A DNA stretch of 61,513 nucleotides, the filler included, from Dirinaria sp. TL-2023a (Eukaryota), in the NCBI GenBank assembly GCA_051941275.1. It is 3 parts of 3 records of this genome, joined end to end, with 100 filler letters (N's around TTAATTAATTAA, not from the genome) between each part and the next. Parts side by side here need not be neighbours in the genome. Positions count along the whole stretch, not along the records: positions 1 to 20,447 come from JAVEBF010000285.1; 2 more parts are not named here. One strand, given 5' to 3'. The stretch's first letter is position 1. Each line of letters begins with the position of its first letter. The position numbers and the translations under genes were made by a program. Positions 1 to 12,728 of this stretch are shown here, piece by piece. The notes under the pieces are model-generated. The model was not told the origin of the DNA, did not search any database, and saw only the letters and a program-made list of their open reading frames with translations.

Positions 1-716
1 AGGCTGATATCCAATTTTGGCCCCCAGGTTTTAGATACCTACCTACAGTACCTATGTAGGTAAAAGGGTTAAGGTGGGGAGAGTGAGGACTGAGGAACGG
101 GACTACGTTACTTGGGTGTGTGTTTTGGGGTTTGGAGGGACTAGTGCTAGTGCTACTTGGCAAAGTACCTTACCTTATGGTACAGGGTTTATGTAGGTAC
201 AGGCATGAGCCATGGTGGATTTAATGCGGAGGAAGAAGTTGCTACCTTAAGGTACTGAAGCGTGCTATCTACTTTACTTTACTTAAGGTACAGTCGGGTT
301 GCGATAATAAACGTAAGCTAATTGTGAGAAAGGTAAGGTAAGGTACTGCATAGGGCAGTCTACCTTAGGATATGAGCGCACAATGCCAGCATTGATCCCA
401 TCATATCAGTCAGGTACGAAATTTTTTTTTAAGCAAGGAGAGCTAGTTGCGGTCTTCCGGTGTAGAAAAAACCCCATTCCCTCAGGACACTTCTGCAGAG
501 CTCAGAGCAGAACAAGGTAATTATGCACTCCGGGACAGGGTATGAAGGCCCTAAGGTACCCTGACACGAAGCTGGAAAACCGATCTGTTGGTGCAGTTGT
601 TGTATCCGTTTACAAATAAGTAGCGGACTACAATGCATCGTCAGCATGATCCAATAGTCCGATTTCTTGCAGCACGTCTCTTACAAAATGTCCCAGTCAT
701 CTTAGCTTTAGTCCAT

Positions 717-1827
717 CTATCTCCTCAACCTGTCTTTGATGAGACGGACAGCATCTCGACCTGCGTCTTCCATGATGCCAAATTTTCCATTGAGATCCAC
801 CAGGACATCGGTAACTGTTTGGAGCTGCAAATTGCGGTCCATATCCCAGCGTTTCCTTAATCTCTCGCGAGCGTTGACAATTTGGGCCATTTGAGCCGAC
901 AGAACGTTCGATATCGTATCAAGCGCTTTGAAGGTCTGCAATCGGGTTTCGCGCTCTCGGTTACTGGCCCGAGCTTGAGCGCTTGGGAGCAGTCGTTCGC
1001 TCAGAAATGATTGGTTAGCCATGGCTTGATGATGGGTTAGATTATTCCCTTGCTGGTTAGGACTGTCGTCCTGCGTCAAGTCAATAATGGTAGAATGGCT
1101 TGCTGGGGTTGGCTGGGAAGCTGAGGTCTTGAGCTTCTTCGTAGCAGCTGGCCAGTAATTGTCACCGGAGCTCCTCTTGTTGTACAGGTTAATCGTCTGA
1201 TGGCTCGTCTCAACTACATGGGTACCCAAGTACCCCATGAAACCACCACCACCAGGTCCGAATTGGCGCATGCCTTGGACGATTTGATCGTGCGTCATCG
1301 CAAACGCCGGAACAGCTGGGCTGTCCCAATCACGATACGGTTTTGATTTACGGTGCCGAATTCGAGCCGGCAGATGATCTGATTCACGGGTAGATTTGCC
1401 GGTATAGTAGTCAGGATAGCTCGAGCCAGCATCCGCGTTGCGAACGGCGTTGACCAAGGTCATCAGGCGTTCAATATCCGAGCAGTCGAATCCGGATACA
1501 GCTGCAGCTTTGGCAATGGCTCGATTTTTACCATGAAGCGGGCGGTCTAAAGTTCATCAGCTTGGTAAAGTGCATCGAGCGGCTCTACCTACGCCGACCT
1601 GAGAAAGCTGAAGCTTGAACTGTTCCAGTGTCATAATGAGCAAACAGACAGCCATCTTGGTGATATTTGCAGCCCCCATACTTCCATGACCAACAGGTCG
1701 TGGTCGATGGTGGGCTCATTTGCCCGGTTTCTGCATGAGAGTATGGGCATGCAGAGTCTCTTAGGCAACCCAGCGGATTGAGCTTGTGCTGTCTGCAAGT
1801 GAGGTGTTTGGCTTGCTGGGTGGCCAT
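717..1827 (-). CDS. Tandem CCCH zinc-finger protein with C-terminal coiled coil (2 exons)
   Basis: ORF 1585-1827 has C-x9-C-x5-C-x3-H (CRQHKLNPLGCLRDSACPYSH) and C-x7-C-x6-C-x3-H (CWSWKYGGCKYHQDGCLFAH). A GT..CTGAT..TTTAG intron (~1545-1598) joins it in frame to ORF 717-1463. Confidence 0.7.
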
Positions 1828-2501
1828 GCTTGCGTCCCACGTAATGTTAGAGGTTCAACTGTACAAGAGTGATGGTGGATTTATCTGTCGGATGCAGAAG
1901 GTTGACAATTCAAAGTGCTTGCTAAGGCAGCGCGTCCGAGTGAGGTTCGAAATCTGGAGCGCGAGCTCACTTAGATTAGCGCTTTACCGAACCAGCAGGT
2001 ACTTCACAAGTTTACATGTACTCAGTAAGTACATTAGGTAGGGAAGAGAACTTGAACATCTAAGAACCTTATGGTAGCAGCTTAGGTGCTGTAGGGTTCT
2101 ATGATGGCACTGGCAGAGGATAATTCGAATTGGAAGGTGCGGTGAAGCGTCGCGAGGCTGGAAAGTGAGCAAATAAATAATGCTTGCCCATTCGATGGCT
2201 TTACTAGGTCCCTAGTAATGCCGGACGCGTTCAGCGTGAATTGTGTAAGCTTAACGGCTGCCACGATCAGGCAAAGCAGTCATTTATTGTAATCGAGGAC
2301 CCAGAGCTTACAATTAAGGTATGATAATATTACTCGTAGCCAGGTAGCTACATCATTGCCATGCACAGATAAGCAGATAGGGTAGTGAGGAATGCACAAA
2401 GAGAGTTCACTCGAAGCTCCATAGATCGATCTAGGAGAGTACCTTATGCTTGGTCAAAGACAGTGTTTCGACTCTGCTGTACGGTTGCCACGATAATGAC
2501 C

Positions 2502-4514
2502 TCAATAGCTCCGCGGAAGACCCAGCGCCTTCTCACCCACATAATTCAGGATCATTTCCTGGACGACTTTGGTCAGCTTTGGCAGTGCTACGAGCCGACA
2601 CAATAACGGCTCACCCTGCTCACAGGCGCTATTCGTGGCACAAAGCTCTCCCTCATGTATCTCTCCACATGATATCTTGAGGGTTAGGGAGTTAGTATAA
2701 TTGCTCCAAAAACTCCTACCATCCTACGAAACGAACAACTACGAGCACCGCTCGGGAGAGGCATTCGATAGGTGTTTACATTCATCACGGAAAAGGATTT
2801 AGGAGAAGTCAATCAACACTCACTCTTGAGCATAGCCCATGCCACCATGAGCAAGCACCTATTCGCGGTTAGCAGGATGGACTACCCTATAGCGTTGCCG
2901 TAACTTCGATAAATGTACGATTTAGCAAAGGGTAGATACTTGTCAATTAGTCCGATGCGAAAGCAACGACGAACTGTCAAATCATTACAGCCTTTTCATA
3001 TCTGGATATGGAACAGTACCGCACAGATAGGCATATTTCAAGGAAACACCGGCATGTGTCAGTTCCCGTACTTACAGAACGTTCACAGGCGGCAAATCCT
3101 GCTTCCGCTGCCATGTATTTGGCTGAGTTCGCAGCGATCCCAACAGCTTGTGGCGTGATACTGGAATCTTTCCTACTGGCATCGTAAAGCCTTGCGGCAT
3201 GGTACGTGGCGAGCTTGGCACCCTCTAAGTTGATATACGCGGCTGCCAGTGGATGCTGGACGCCTCTATCGTAGTGAGAATTTAAGTATTAGTTGGTTAA
3301 ATGTAGACCTCAGCTTCTGATGGGCGATATTCAACTGTGATATTCAACCATTTGACAGAGTTTGCAAGGCTGCAATGGCTAGGTCGTGCACAGAGACAGG
3401 GAATGAGATACATACTGATTCTGCCCGATGGCTCTCCCAAAAACGATTCGCTCTTGCGCATATTTTGCTGCTTTTTCAAGAGCAGCATAACCGATTCCTA
3501 AAGCTTCGCCAGCAAGCAGACAGCGCTCCGCATTCATACCGTGCAATACCTGTGACACGATCAGCAGGCGATTGGTCGAATGCCTTACACACTCATGTTC
3601 ACAATCTTGAAACCTTGCCCTTCTTCTCCAATCAGGGTATTGGTAGGTATGCGGTAATTATCAAAGAAGACCTCATTGGCATCTACTGCTCGGCCTCCCA
3701 TTTTCTTGATAGGTCTGACTTGGAGCCCTGGCGCAGTTCTATCGAAATCAATAAAGAACAACGAAAGGCCTTCGGAAGGGGTTTTCACGTCCTCCAAAGG
3801 CGTGGTTCGCGCCAGAAGGACCATCTTTGATGCCACCTGCGCGGAGGATATCCATATCTTTTGACCAGATATGTTGTAGTGATCACCATCTTTGGTTGCG
3901 CGAGTCTTCAGCTTAAGTGTCTCAAGACCAGTACTCCATTAATTCAGTCACGGCTGCCGATTGAAAGAGGGTTTGCCTCCTGACCTTGGCTCTGTCACAC
4001 CGAAGCATGCCTTCCAGTCTCCACTGATTAGCTTCGGCAACATACGTTCTCGTTGCTCTGCGGTGGCATATTTTGCGACCGGTTGTGTTGCATAGATATT
4101 TGCATGAATTGATTGAGCACCAGCGATACCAGCACCACTTTGCGAGATTGTCTGCAGCATTATCGTTGCATCTGAGATACCGAGACCTGCACCTCCCAAG
4201 TTTTCGGGAAGTGCGATCCCTATCCATCCCTCCCTCGCAAGTGCTGCATGCAGTTCATGCGGGTAATCCCCTGACTCGTCACGCTCTGCCCACCACTCGT
4301 CAGGGAAGGACGAGCAGATCTTCGATATCGCTTCTTTGACCATCAATTGTTCTTCTGAGAAACCTGTAAGCTCCATCAAACGACATGGTATAGTTTGTGT
4401 GAAGTGACGTCGTGCCAGCAGCGACTGATGGGCGGCTCTTGCAAGCGGCAATTTTGGCAGCGCAGGCTGCCCCAACATGGCGAGCTTGCGCAGCGAATCT
4501 CTTACACGTAACAT
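2502..4514 (-). CDS. Acyl-CoA dehydrogenase, probably mitochondrial (multi-exon)
   Basis: Motifs across exons: GWIGIALPENLGGAGLG, ACFGVTEP, ISGQKIWIS, KMGGRAVDANEVFFD, GVQHPLA, LAHGGMGYAQE, YHVERYMRE, and C-terminal ALGLPRSY* (stop 2502-2504). The N-terminus is Arg-rich and acid-poor, like a presequence. Confidence 0.92.
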
Positions 4515-4929
4515 GATAGCAGGTAAGGTAGCCTAAATCTCTGATATTTGGTGGTAACTTCCCAGACAGTATGAAACAGAGTATCAAATGAAATGACTTT
4601 TCAGTATTCGAAGCAAACCTCTCGAGTCCCGGAGGAAAAGTCTCGAGTTCCGATCAAATTAAGTAGATAGAACATCACTGGGTAGATCAACGGCAGATTC
4701 GTAGCTGACCTTCCTGCAAGATTGAGAGCAAAGCAGGTCTTATAGTAATTTATAGACCCTGAAGCTGCACTTACAACAAAATACGTGATGTATCTAGGTA
4801 AGGCAGCAGGGCAGGTGTTTCTGCTGTAAGCACGGAGTAGGAGTTAAGGTACTACCGTAAGGTAGCTCGGGCTCGGGTGTTTTGGGTTTAGTCCCCTTTA
4901 AGGGTGCAGACTACAGGGGTCCAATTTAG

Positions 4930-4953
4930 CGCGAAATTCGAAAAGTAAACAAA
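4930..4953 (+). promoter_or_regulatory. Candidate cell-cycle promoter elements: CGCGAAA (SCB/MCB-like) and GTAAACAAA (forkhead site)
   Basis: Exact motifs at 4930-4936 and 4945-4953, about 190 nt upstream of the INCENP ATG. Confidence 0.45.
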
Positions 4954-5132
4954 TGCGTTTCCCGAAATCTTGAAATCATGGTTATTGGTAACGCAGCTGG
5001 CGAAGGTCCATCCAGCATGCTTAGTACTAACAATCAGTGACTACGATGATTTGAAACAGTCCTCGCCCTCCATCTTGGAAACCACTAGTATCGTTCGGCC
5101 ATCGCGATAATCCCTATAACGGCCTCTCATCA

Positions 5133-8100
5133 ATGGCTTCTGTCCGCTCGAGAGCGCAGGTGCCAGTCGGATCATCGAAATGGATCCTAGTCGAAAATGA
5201 GCAGATCGCGCAATTCGGAACTCAAGAAGCGGAGGACTTCACTTTTGCTGCTCGAAACGAGATCGAATGGCTCAATGAACATATGAACGACATCTTTACC
5301 AAAAGCCAGCTGTACGTTCTCAACCTTCAACCTTGGTAGCCTGGATTGCACTGACAGAGCAGCAGCGATGTCACCGAAATTTTTAAGACTCCAGGAAAAC
5401 TGCGAGGGAAGACTCCACGGACTGCGAGGAAGAGAAACCATCTTGAGAACAGACAAGTACATCAATCTGCTCCTTAGAATTTCTGCGCATATTGCTAATC
5501 GTTCCAAGCCTCTGACTGATGTTTTCTCTACGAACTCGAGGTTGACCCCCAACCCGTCACGAAGAGCTGATGGCACCCACGGAGTCATCAAGCCTGCTGT
5601 GCCTGCATCTGTGGTTTCGCCGGTCAATGTCAAGGTTGTGAAGACCAATACTGACTCTGGATATCACGGCATGTCCGAAGATGAAATGGGAACCGATGAA
5701 ATCATGGCTGAAAACGTTCCGCTGGCGCATTCGCAAAATGGAAACCAAGATACAGATTCACCCCTGCCTAAACAATCAACTTCTTTCCGTCCTCAAGTCG
5801 AACGGGCGACCACTACTGATGGATCATTCCATTCTGCAAGGGAAGAGCTTCTCGAGAATGAGAGCGTCAAGGGAACATCACAGGAAACTTCCAAAATGGA
5901 AAGCGGGGGCGCTGGCGGGACATCGGCCAATAGTCAGTCACCAAAGCAGACTTCTCCAGAGCGAAAGCAACAGCCAGACTCAGATATGATGCAAGTGGAC
6001 GAGCAAAATGACGATTCCCCCCTAGACGATCCGACTGAGGGATCCCGTTCTCCGTCGCAAGGCTCAAGCCCGGTGAAGCCTCTTCTGAGGAAGAGCAGCC
6101 TCACTTTTGCATCTTTGCCGGCGCGTGAACCTCTGACGACAAAGAAGAGCATAGGCGCTAGTGTCTCTAGGCCCAGCCATGCAGATCAAGCCAAAGGACC
6201 TCTCGATCGAGGCAGTTTCCTTGGCCGGTTCACGAGTGGGAAATCTCTCGGAGCTGCAAAGACTGCCGAAGTCGGCTCGGCAGCGGATAATGCTCATAAG
6301 GACGAAATGGATATCGATCAGGCAGTCGGGTCTGCCATTGCCCGTGAAGAATCCGATGGTGACGCAAGACTGGCGAAGCTGCATAATAAATCATCGACGC
6401 AACGATTACACGACAAGATCAGTATGTTGGGCAAGTCCCAGTCAGCAAGACCAACGAAATCAATCACCACTACAATGGTATCGCATCCACCCTACCCAGA
6501 ACTACCGTCTGTGGCGTCGCAGCTAATAGCTCCTTCGCCGCTTTCTCCAAGCGCCTCAAAAATCCCTACTTCTGCACCCGAGGATGATGATGATGACTGG
6601 ATTAAACCCCCGCCAGCGCAATCATCTCAGGCGAAGCGACCCCAACTACCCAAGAGCACTACCGCGGACGTCATGGAGAATATCAGAGGGAAGCAACACA
6701 TTGGTGATGAAGAATTTGGACCTGGATCTTATGATGATGCTAAATTCCGGGAACCGCCGCATCGTCAAGCAGATAGTACACATGACTTGCGAAATGGAAA
6801 CACGCTGGCAAGGTCTGCTTCCGTGACGGCGATCACTCCGCCGTCTAAGGATGCAGACACCAAAGAAGAGACTCGGCCACAGGACGAATCTATTGCTCCC
6901 ATTCCGAGAGCTAATGATCGTGATGAACTTACCGCAAGCACAACGCCGATAAAAACCCCACGCTCAAAACAAAATGTTGATGGTCCTATTAGTGCTTCTA
7001 AGTCGAAGCTGCAATCCATTATGAAAACTGCTAGAGGATTGTTTACAAGTAGTGCTGGCATCTCTGCGCAGGCGAAGATCGAGGCACTTTCCTCACCATC
7101 CACACTGACGCGCAGTAAGTTCGGGGAGTGTGAGCCAAGTGCTCAGCATGTGGCTGAAAAGGTCGATGCGGATACAGTACAGACTCTACATCGTGATAGT
7201 CCAAAGAAGGAACTTGAAGGCCGAAGAACGCGGAGCTCGACCGAGAAAGAAGAGAAGCGTAAGCAGCAGGAGGAAGCAAATCGGTTACGCGCAGACGCTG
7301 AGTCAAAGTCTGCGCGAAATGCTCACAGGGAACCCGATCCAGGGCAAATCCAATCAAACAGCGTCCAATCCTCGAAACCCACTAGGCAGAGCCCAAGGAG
7401 ACTGCAGAAGCCCGTCGAAACAGAGCCAAACATGGAGACAGCTGACGCCAACTCCAACGCTGTCAGCGGTACGGTCTCTGGTCAGTCAATGGGACCTCCG
7501 CAGACCCAGCCCCCCCAGTTGCAAAGACCGAAGGATAAGAGACCGGTCAAACCCGCAAAGGAGGCTGCTTCGAAACCGAAGCCCCAGACTATCCGTGTCG
7601 GTGCTCTATCTCAGCAGCGAATACCTTTGTCGAATGCAGCACTTTCCTCTAGTTTACAAGAATCTTTACCGCCGGCTCAAACCCGGCCACCCGGTCCCGT
7701 TAAGAAGCCTAGCAACGCTTCTATTCAGACATCCGCTTCTAATCCCAGCCTCAAGACTTCGGTCTCATCTGCATCGACTAAACCAAAAGCTTTGCTCGCG
7801 GCCGAGCGTAAGAAAGAACAGGCAAGACATCGCGATTTTCGTAAGAAGTATATTTAAGACTAATTCTTCCGTAGGACGAAAAGGAAGCGCAACGCAAGCT
7901 TGAACAGAAAAGAGAGATCGAGCGAAAAAGGGCAGCGCAGCAGGAAGAAATGCGACAGCAAGAGCGCCTGCAACGCGAAGAAGCTGAAAACCGACAACGG
8001 GAAAGGGAGCGCTCTGCCGCCTCGGAAGATCCTAAAAGGGTTGCTTCGCGCCAGCTCATTGAGAAGAGGAGGTTGGAGCTGGCAAAGAAAGACCAGCAGC

Positions 8101-9231
8101 GGGTTCCTCAGAGGCCAATCAACGAAAGCGTGAGTGTAGTTGCCTGTAACGAGGAATTAATACCGCTTTGCTGACAACTCTATCAAGGCCGCACCACCAG
8201 AAAGAGCCGGCGCACCGACACATCGACCAGAACTAGGTGGCACTAGACCTCCTTCCAGACTTCATATGGTTCAAGACCAAGTTCGACCGGCTACCAACCA
8301 TCCTCCACCGAATCCCGTAAGACCGGCCCTTAAACGGGTTATGGAGCCCGAAGCAGATGATCGATCAGCCCGGCCCCAGGCAGGCTCGACTTACCAACAG
8401 AACGAGGGCAAACGTCGACGGACTGGCGATGAAGATCGTCAGCCAATCAGTGTGAGGCCCACGATGGCTCCCCCTATCCGACAATCCAACATACGCAAGG
8501 TAGGTATTCCGACCAAGTCTCAGCCGGTCATTGCTGAAAGCGTGCAGGATCTCCACAAGTCATCAGTCTTCAACAGCAACTATTCCACGGCGCCACCACC
8601 ATCAGCGATCCACCATCAAGGATCGACCATCCTCAAGGCAAACGGGGCCAACAACAACACCTATCAACAGCATGCAACCCACCAACAACTTCCTCGCCCG
8701 GGACAGCATCCTCACGACATGGCCAAATACACCCACAACCGGCCGCCCTTCGCGGACGCCCCAAATCCCCCAGCAGCAGCATCATCAACAACAACAACAA
8801 CAACCACCCACCACAAAACCCCTCTCCCCTCCAAACTTCCCTCACAACCATCCAAACCCTCCCCGCAGCAGCAATTCATCAACGGAGAAAACATCCACCT
8901 GGAAGACATCCCCACGGACGACGACAGCGAATCCGACACCTCGCCCCCGGCCGGCGGCGGCCGCCGCCCCACGGTCGCGGAATGGGTCCAGTCCCCGAAC
9001 CTGCGCGAGCTGCTGCGCCGCCAGGAAGAGACCATGAACCCGGACCTGATCTTCGGCCCGCAGCAGAGCCCGCACATGGAGGAGATGTTCAAGGACCGCC
9101 ACCAGCGGTTCCGCAACCGCACGAGCAGCGCGGCCTGGTGCCAGGACCGGCTCACGAGCGAGGAGATCCAGAGGGACGTCGAGGCCCGCGAGCGCTTGAG
9201 GAGGGAAGGGGGGTGGACTTTTGGGTTGTAG
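5133..9231 (+). CDS. INCENP: Inner centromere protein (INCENP/Sli15/Pic1 homologue), chromosomal passenger complex (multi-exon)
   Basis: Fungal INCENP N-terminus (EDFTFAARNEIEWLNEHMNDIF), long S/T/P-rich middle and charged coiled coil (~7800-8100). C-terminal IN-box: IPTDDDSES...EWVQSPNLRELLRRQE..NPDLIFGP..MEEMF..RFRNRTSSAAW. Confidence 0.9.
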
Positions 9232-10339
9232 TTAGTGTTGGATCTTGGGACTTGGGGATTGGGATTGGGACTTTGCTGCTTTTCGCCCCCTTTTTTTTGT
9301 GTTTAGAGGGGATATAAGGGACCAGAGGACAAGGGAGGAGAGGCGAGAGGCTGGCAGGCATTATTACAAAGGCTACCTTCCGTACAGCAAACATAACTTA
9401 ACTACCTACACCACTGCGCCTTTTTCGTACCGTACCTCCTCCTGTACGTTCTTACTCCCATCACCACCAACCACCACCAGCACCGACCAACTTTTTTGCA
9501 ACCTTACCTTACCATTTCTAGACAACTGAGTTGGGCATATGCATCCAATTCAATTCAAGTATTACTCTACTACTGCTACTGCTATCGTGATCTGTCTGGA
9601 ATTTAAAAAAAAAAGAAAAGCATAGTATAGTTTAGGAAAGATGGAAAGTATACAGAGCAGAGACAGAGAGAGATGTAAAAGTGGCTTGAGTTCAAAGGTG
9701 GTGTGGGTGGATGGATGGATGGAGGTGGATGGAGGTCTAACCATTGAATCAAAGTAAGGGTACTGTGGGTACAACGGGGAAGGGGGAAAAAAAAAAGAGA
9801 GAGAGAGAGAGAGAAAGAACAGAAGTATACCTCCCAGCAAATAAATTGCTTTAATAACAAGAAAGTTTAGTATAAAGTAGATGTCTAGAGGCGTTAAACG
9901 TTATATAAAGGGTCAACAACACCTATAAGTACCTTCAGATAAAGGCAGCCAAGGCTGCTGCTAAACAACCGAAGTTTCCTTCAAGGTTTTCAATAATACT
10001 GCAAGGTTACATGTCAAGATGGACTGTCTAATAAAATAAAGTAGGTAGGTACAAACAAACAGCATGAAAAAAAAAAAAAGTAGCATACGTCCAATGAATG
10101 CTTTAAAAAGGTAAGGTAGTGTGTGTATGAACAGCACTTGGGTCCCTCAAACCCTTTTTCTCGGGGATTTTCTCCCTTGCCTCACCACCCTGTATCTAAT
10201 AATTTACTCGTCCTTCACCCAATTCACATCCTCCCCCTTTTTCTCAAAATCCTCAGGCACCGGCTTACACCACAAGTCACCAGCACACTCGAAAGCTCGA
10301 TACTCGGTTTTTCCTGTTGGAGCAGTGGATGCCGGGATT

Positions 10340-11880
10340 TTAATACGCCGCCTCGGCTTGGCCACCGAATTGGGACTTCTCGTACTGCTGCTGGTGAGAC
10401 TCCGCCCCAGAGACAGGCTCCTGCTTCGGGGCGTGCGGGAAGTCGGAGGGTTTGTAGGCCGGAGCATCACCAGGCTCGCTCTTGACCGGGGCATTCGCCG
10501 GCAGCGAGGTGGTGGCCTCGGGGGATGTAGAGCGGCCACGGGCATTGCCAATGTAGCTCTGAGCTTTGGCAGTGTAGTCTCCAGCATACTGCTTCACGGT
10601 CTCACCATACCGACCCGCGTGATGGGCGGTCAAATCCTTCACCTGCTGCGCTTGCGAGTTGGCGAGCTCCGACGCGTTTGCGAGGTGATGGTCGATGAAC
10701 TCCTTGTTGGTCTTGTAGATCAACGGCGTAAGATAGATCACCGAGGTCGCGATGAGAGAAAGCCCCCAAAGTGGAGTGAACTTGATGAGCCAGTAGGAGA
10801 CGAAGGCGGCGAAGAAAGCGGCGACTGTGGCAGTGACATTCTCGGCGAAGAGTATCCGCTGGAACTCGATGACGAAGAAGTTGATGAGCTGTTCGACATC
10901 TTCCAGAGAGGCTTCGAGAGCTTCACGTGGGATTGTGTAATATTTCTTGGGGCGGAATGACGAGGCGAGGCCATTATTGAGGACAAGCTTGCCGGCTACC
11001 TCCAACGACGCCGTAACTGTCACACGCGTATTGTCAGCCCTGGTCTCTTGCATGTAGTGGTTCAACGTACAGGCGAGGGTGTAGGAGAGTAGCTTGAATG
11101 ACCAGCGAAGTGCGGGCAGGTAGCGGATGCTGAAGATCAAGAGGACGTTCGAGATGAAGGAGATTGCGGTGACACGAGGGTTGTCCCACTACCCATTGTA
11201 AGCTTTCAGTACGTTGAAGTTCCATGGGTTGGAGGTCTTACACTCAGAAGGTTATAGAAGAAGGAATGGTAGTCTGTGGAGCGTTACTAATCCGAGTCTC
11301 CGTACACGCAATTGGCTGAATGAGTGGGGAGACGTACGGGTCAGAGGTTGACCGGTAGCAGCGGACTGCTCCGGAGGAGCTCGCGAGTTGGCCAGGTTAT
11401 TGAACTCGGATCTTGTCTTGGCATGCTGGTCCTTGACGCTCTCGGCGACCGGTCCTACTCCGGGTCAGTGGGGGTGGGATGATGGTTGTGGATGGATGCT
11501 GTCCGTGGTACGGTTAGCCTTGCTTGCCGCCTACCATGGTAGGGACGAACCTACCGAACCATTGCTCATCGATTGCTTTACATTTTGTGTGGCAGGATGG
11601 TTCTGCACTGTATTGGCGGCATATTGAGCATCTAGGATCTCTCGTCAATGACAGCTGAGATGTCACGCGAGCTGCTTGTGCACTGCAAACCATATCGTCA
11701 GCAGTGCGTCGAGAAGGTCTGAAGCAGCCCAAAGCTTACCTTACTATCGTAGATGGCATTCTTCGCACCCTGGATTGAATCATTACTGGGGTTGCTGTCC
11801 ATCTCGGAGGATGACAAGGTCGGGATTTGCAATTCACTGCGTTGCGGGATTTCCCCAAGCTGTGGAGGGTGGTCAGTCAT
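10340..11880 (-). CDS. RTN1: Reticulon-like ER-shaping protein (Rtn1/Cwl1 family), multi-exon
   Basis: Exons read HYHSFFYNLLS|WDNPRVTAISF..., RPKKYYTIPREALEASLEDVEQLINFFVIEFQRILFAEN and two long hydrophobic hairpins. The 5' exon and start codon are less certain. Confidence 0.85.
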
Positions 11881-12728
11881 CTTCTGAAACGATGCCTTTC
11901 CAGCGGAACAACCACAACAGGAGGCGAAGTAGATATGAGCTTTACTTTGTGCAATGATCAGATTGCTTGGCTTCCACTTAGTAAAGGCCAGGGGGGAAGC
12001 AGGTGTGATTTTCGTGGGAGGTGCGTGCGTAGTTCACTGAGTCAAATAAAGTAAGGCAGAGTCAAGTAGTGACGAGATAACAATCCGGATTTTCCACTTC
12101 ACTAGCGCCAAGCAAAAAACCAGGCAATGACGACTCAGTTAAATATGATCCTGGAAGTAAAGTAGTTGATGATTAAAGTACTTGGGGAATTGCCATCTAC
12201 GCTCGCAATCTACACTACATGACAACAGCATGGGGTCTGTCTTCTCACTGAAATATCAACACCTACAGAGACTAATGTAATGTATGAATCGTGTAGAAGC
12301 TTGTGACAGTGTCATGCAATCGGAGCAATAATGCACCTTGACCTTATGCAAGCCCCCTGGCATGTGATCGTGCTGACTAAGCATATCCCGCTTCTCCTGA
12401 AATCTCTGCTCTTTCTCATAGAGACGAGTACCTAAGGTAGTGATTCTGTTCGACGTCGACGTCCAGGCTGACATATGGATCAACAATGTGCGTGCGCTCG
12501 AGAAATACACTGAACCATGGACAAAAAAACTCTTCGTGTTCCGATATTAAATCAAGAGGAATGCTAAAAGCCAGGACAGCTGCGCAAGCTCACAACAATG
12601 AGTCCGCCTGTCATTTCGTTCGAGGCATGCCAGTCATATCTGTGTCTTCTCTCTCTTCCTTCCTAAGATCCGCGTTTACTGCCACTGATCAGGGTAAAAG
12701 CTGTCAGGTACTCCCAGATGCATCACAG

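Noticed and set aside
2680..2696. GGGTTAGGGAGTTAG as an interstitial telomere repeat
   Set aside because: Fewer than three units, and it coincides with the CTAAC branch region of an acyl-CoA dehydrogenase intron.
9560..9830. Simple repeats ((AG)n, (GGAT)n, poly-A) between convergent genes
   Set aside because: Ordinary microsatellites in 3' UTR/terminator sequence.
10121..10960. 279-aa plus-strand ORF and other long antisense or alternate-frame ORFs (e.g. 7130-7903, 26105-26596)
   Set aside because: They are shadows of well-supported genes and have no recognisable motifs.
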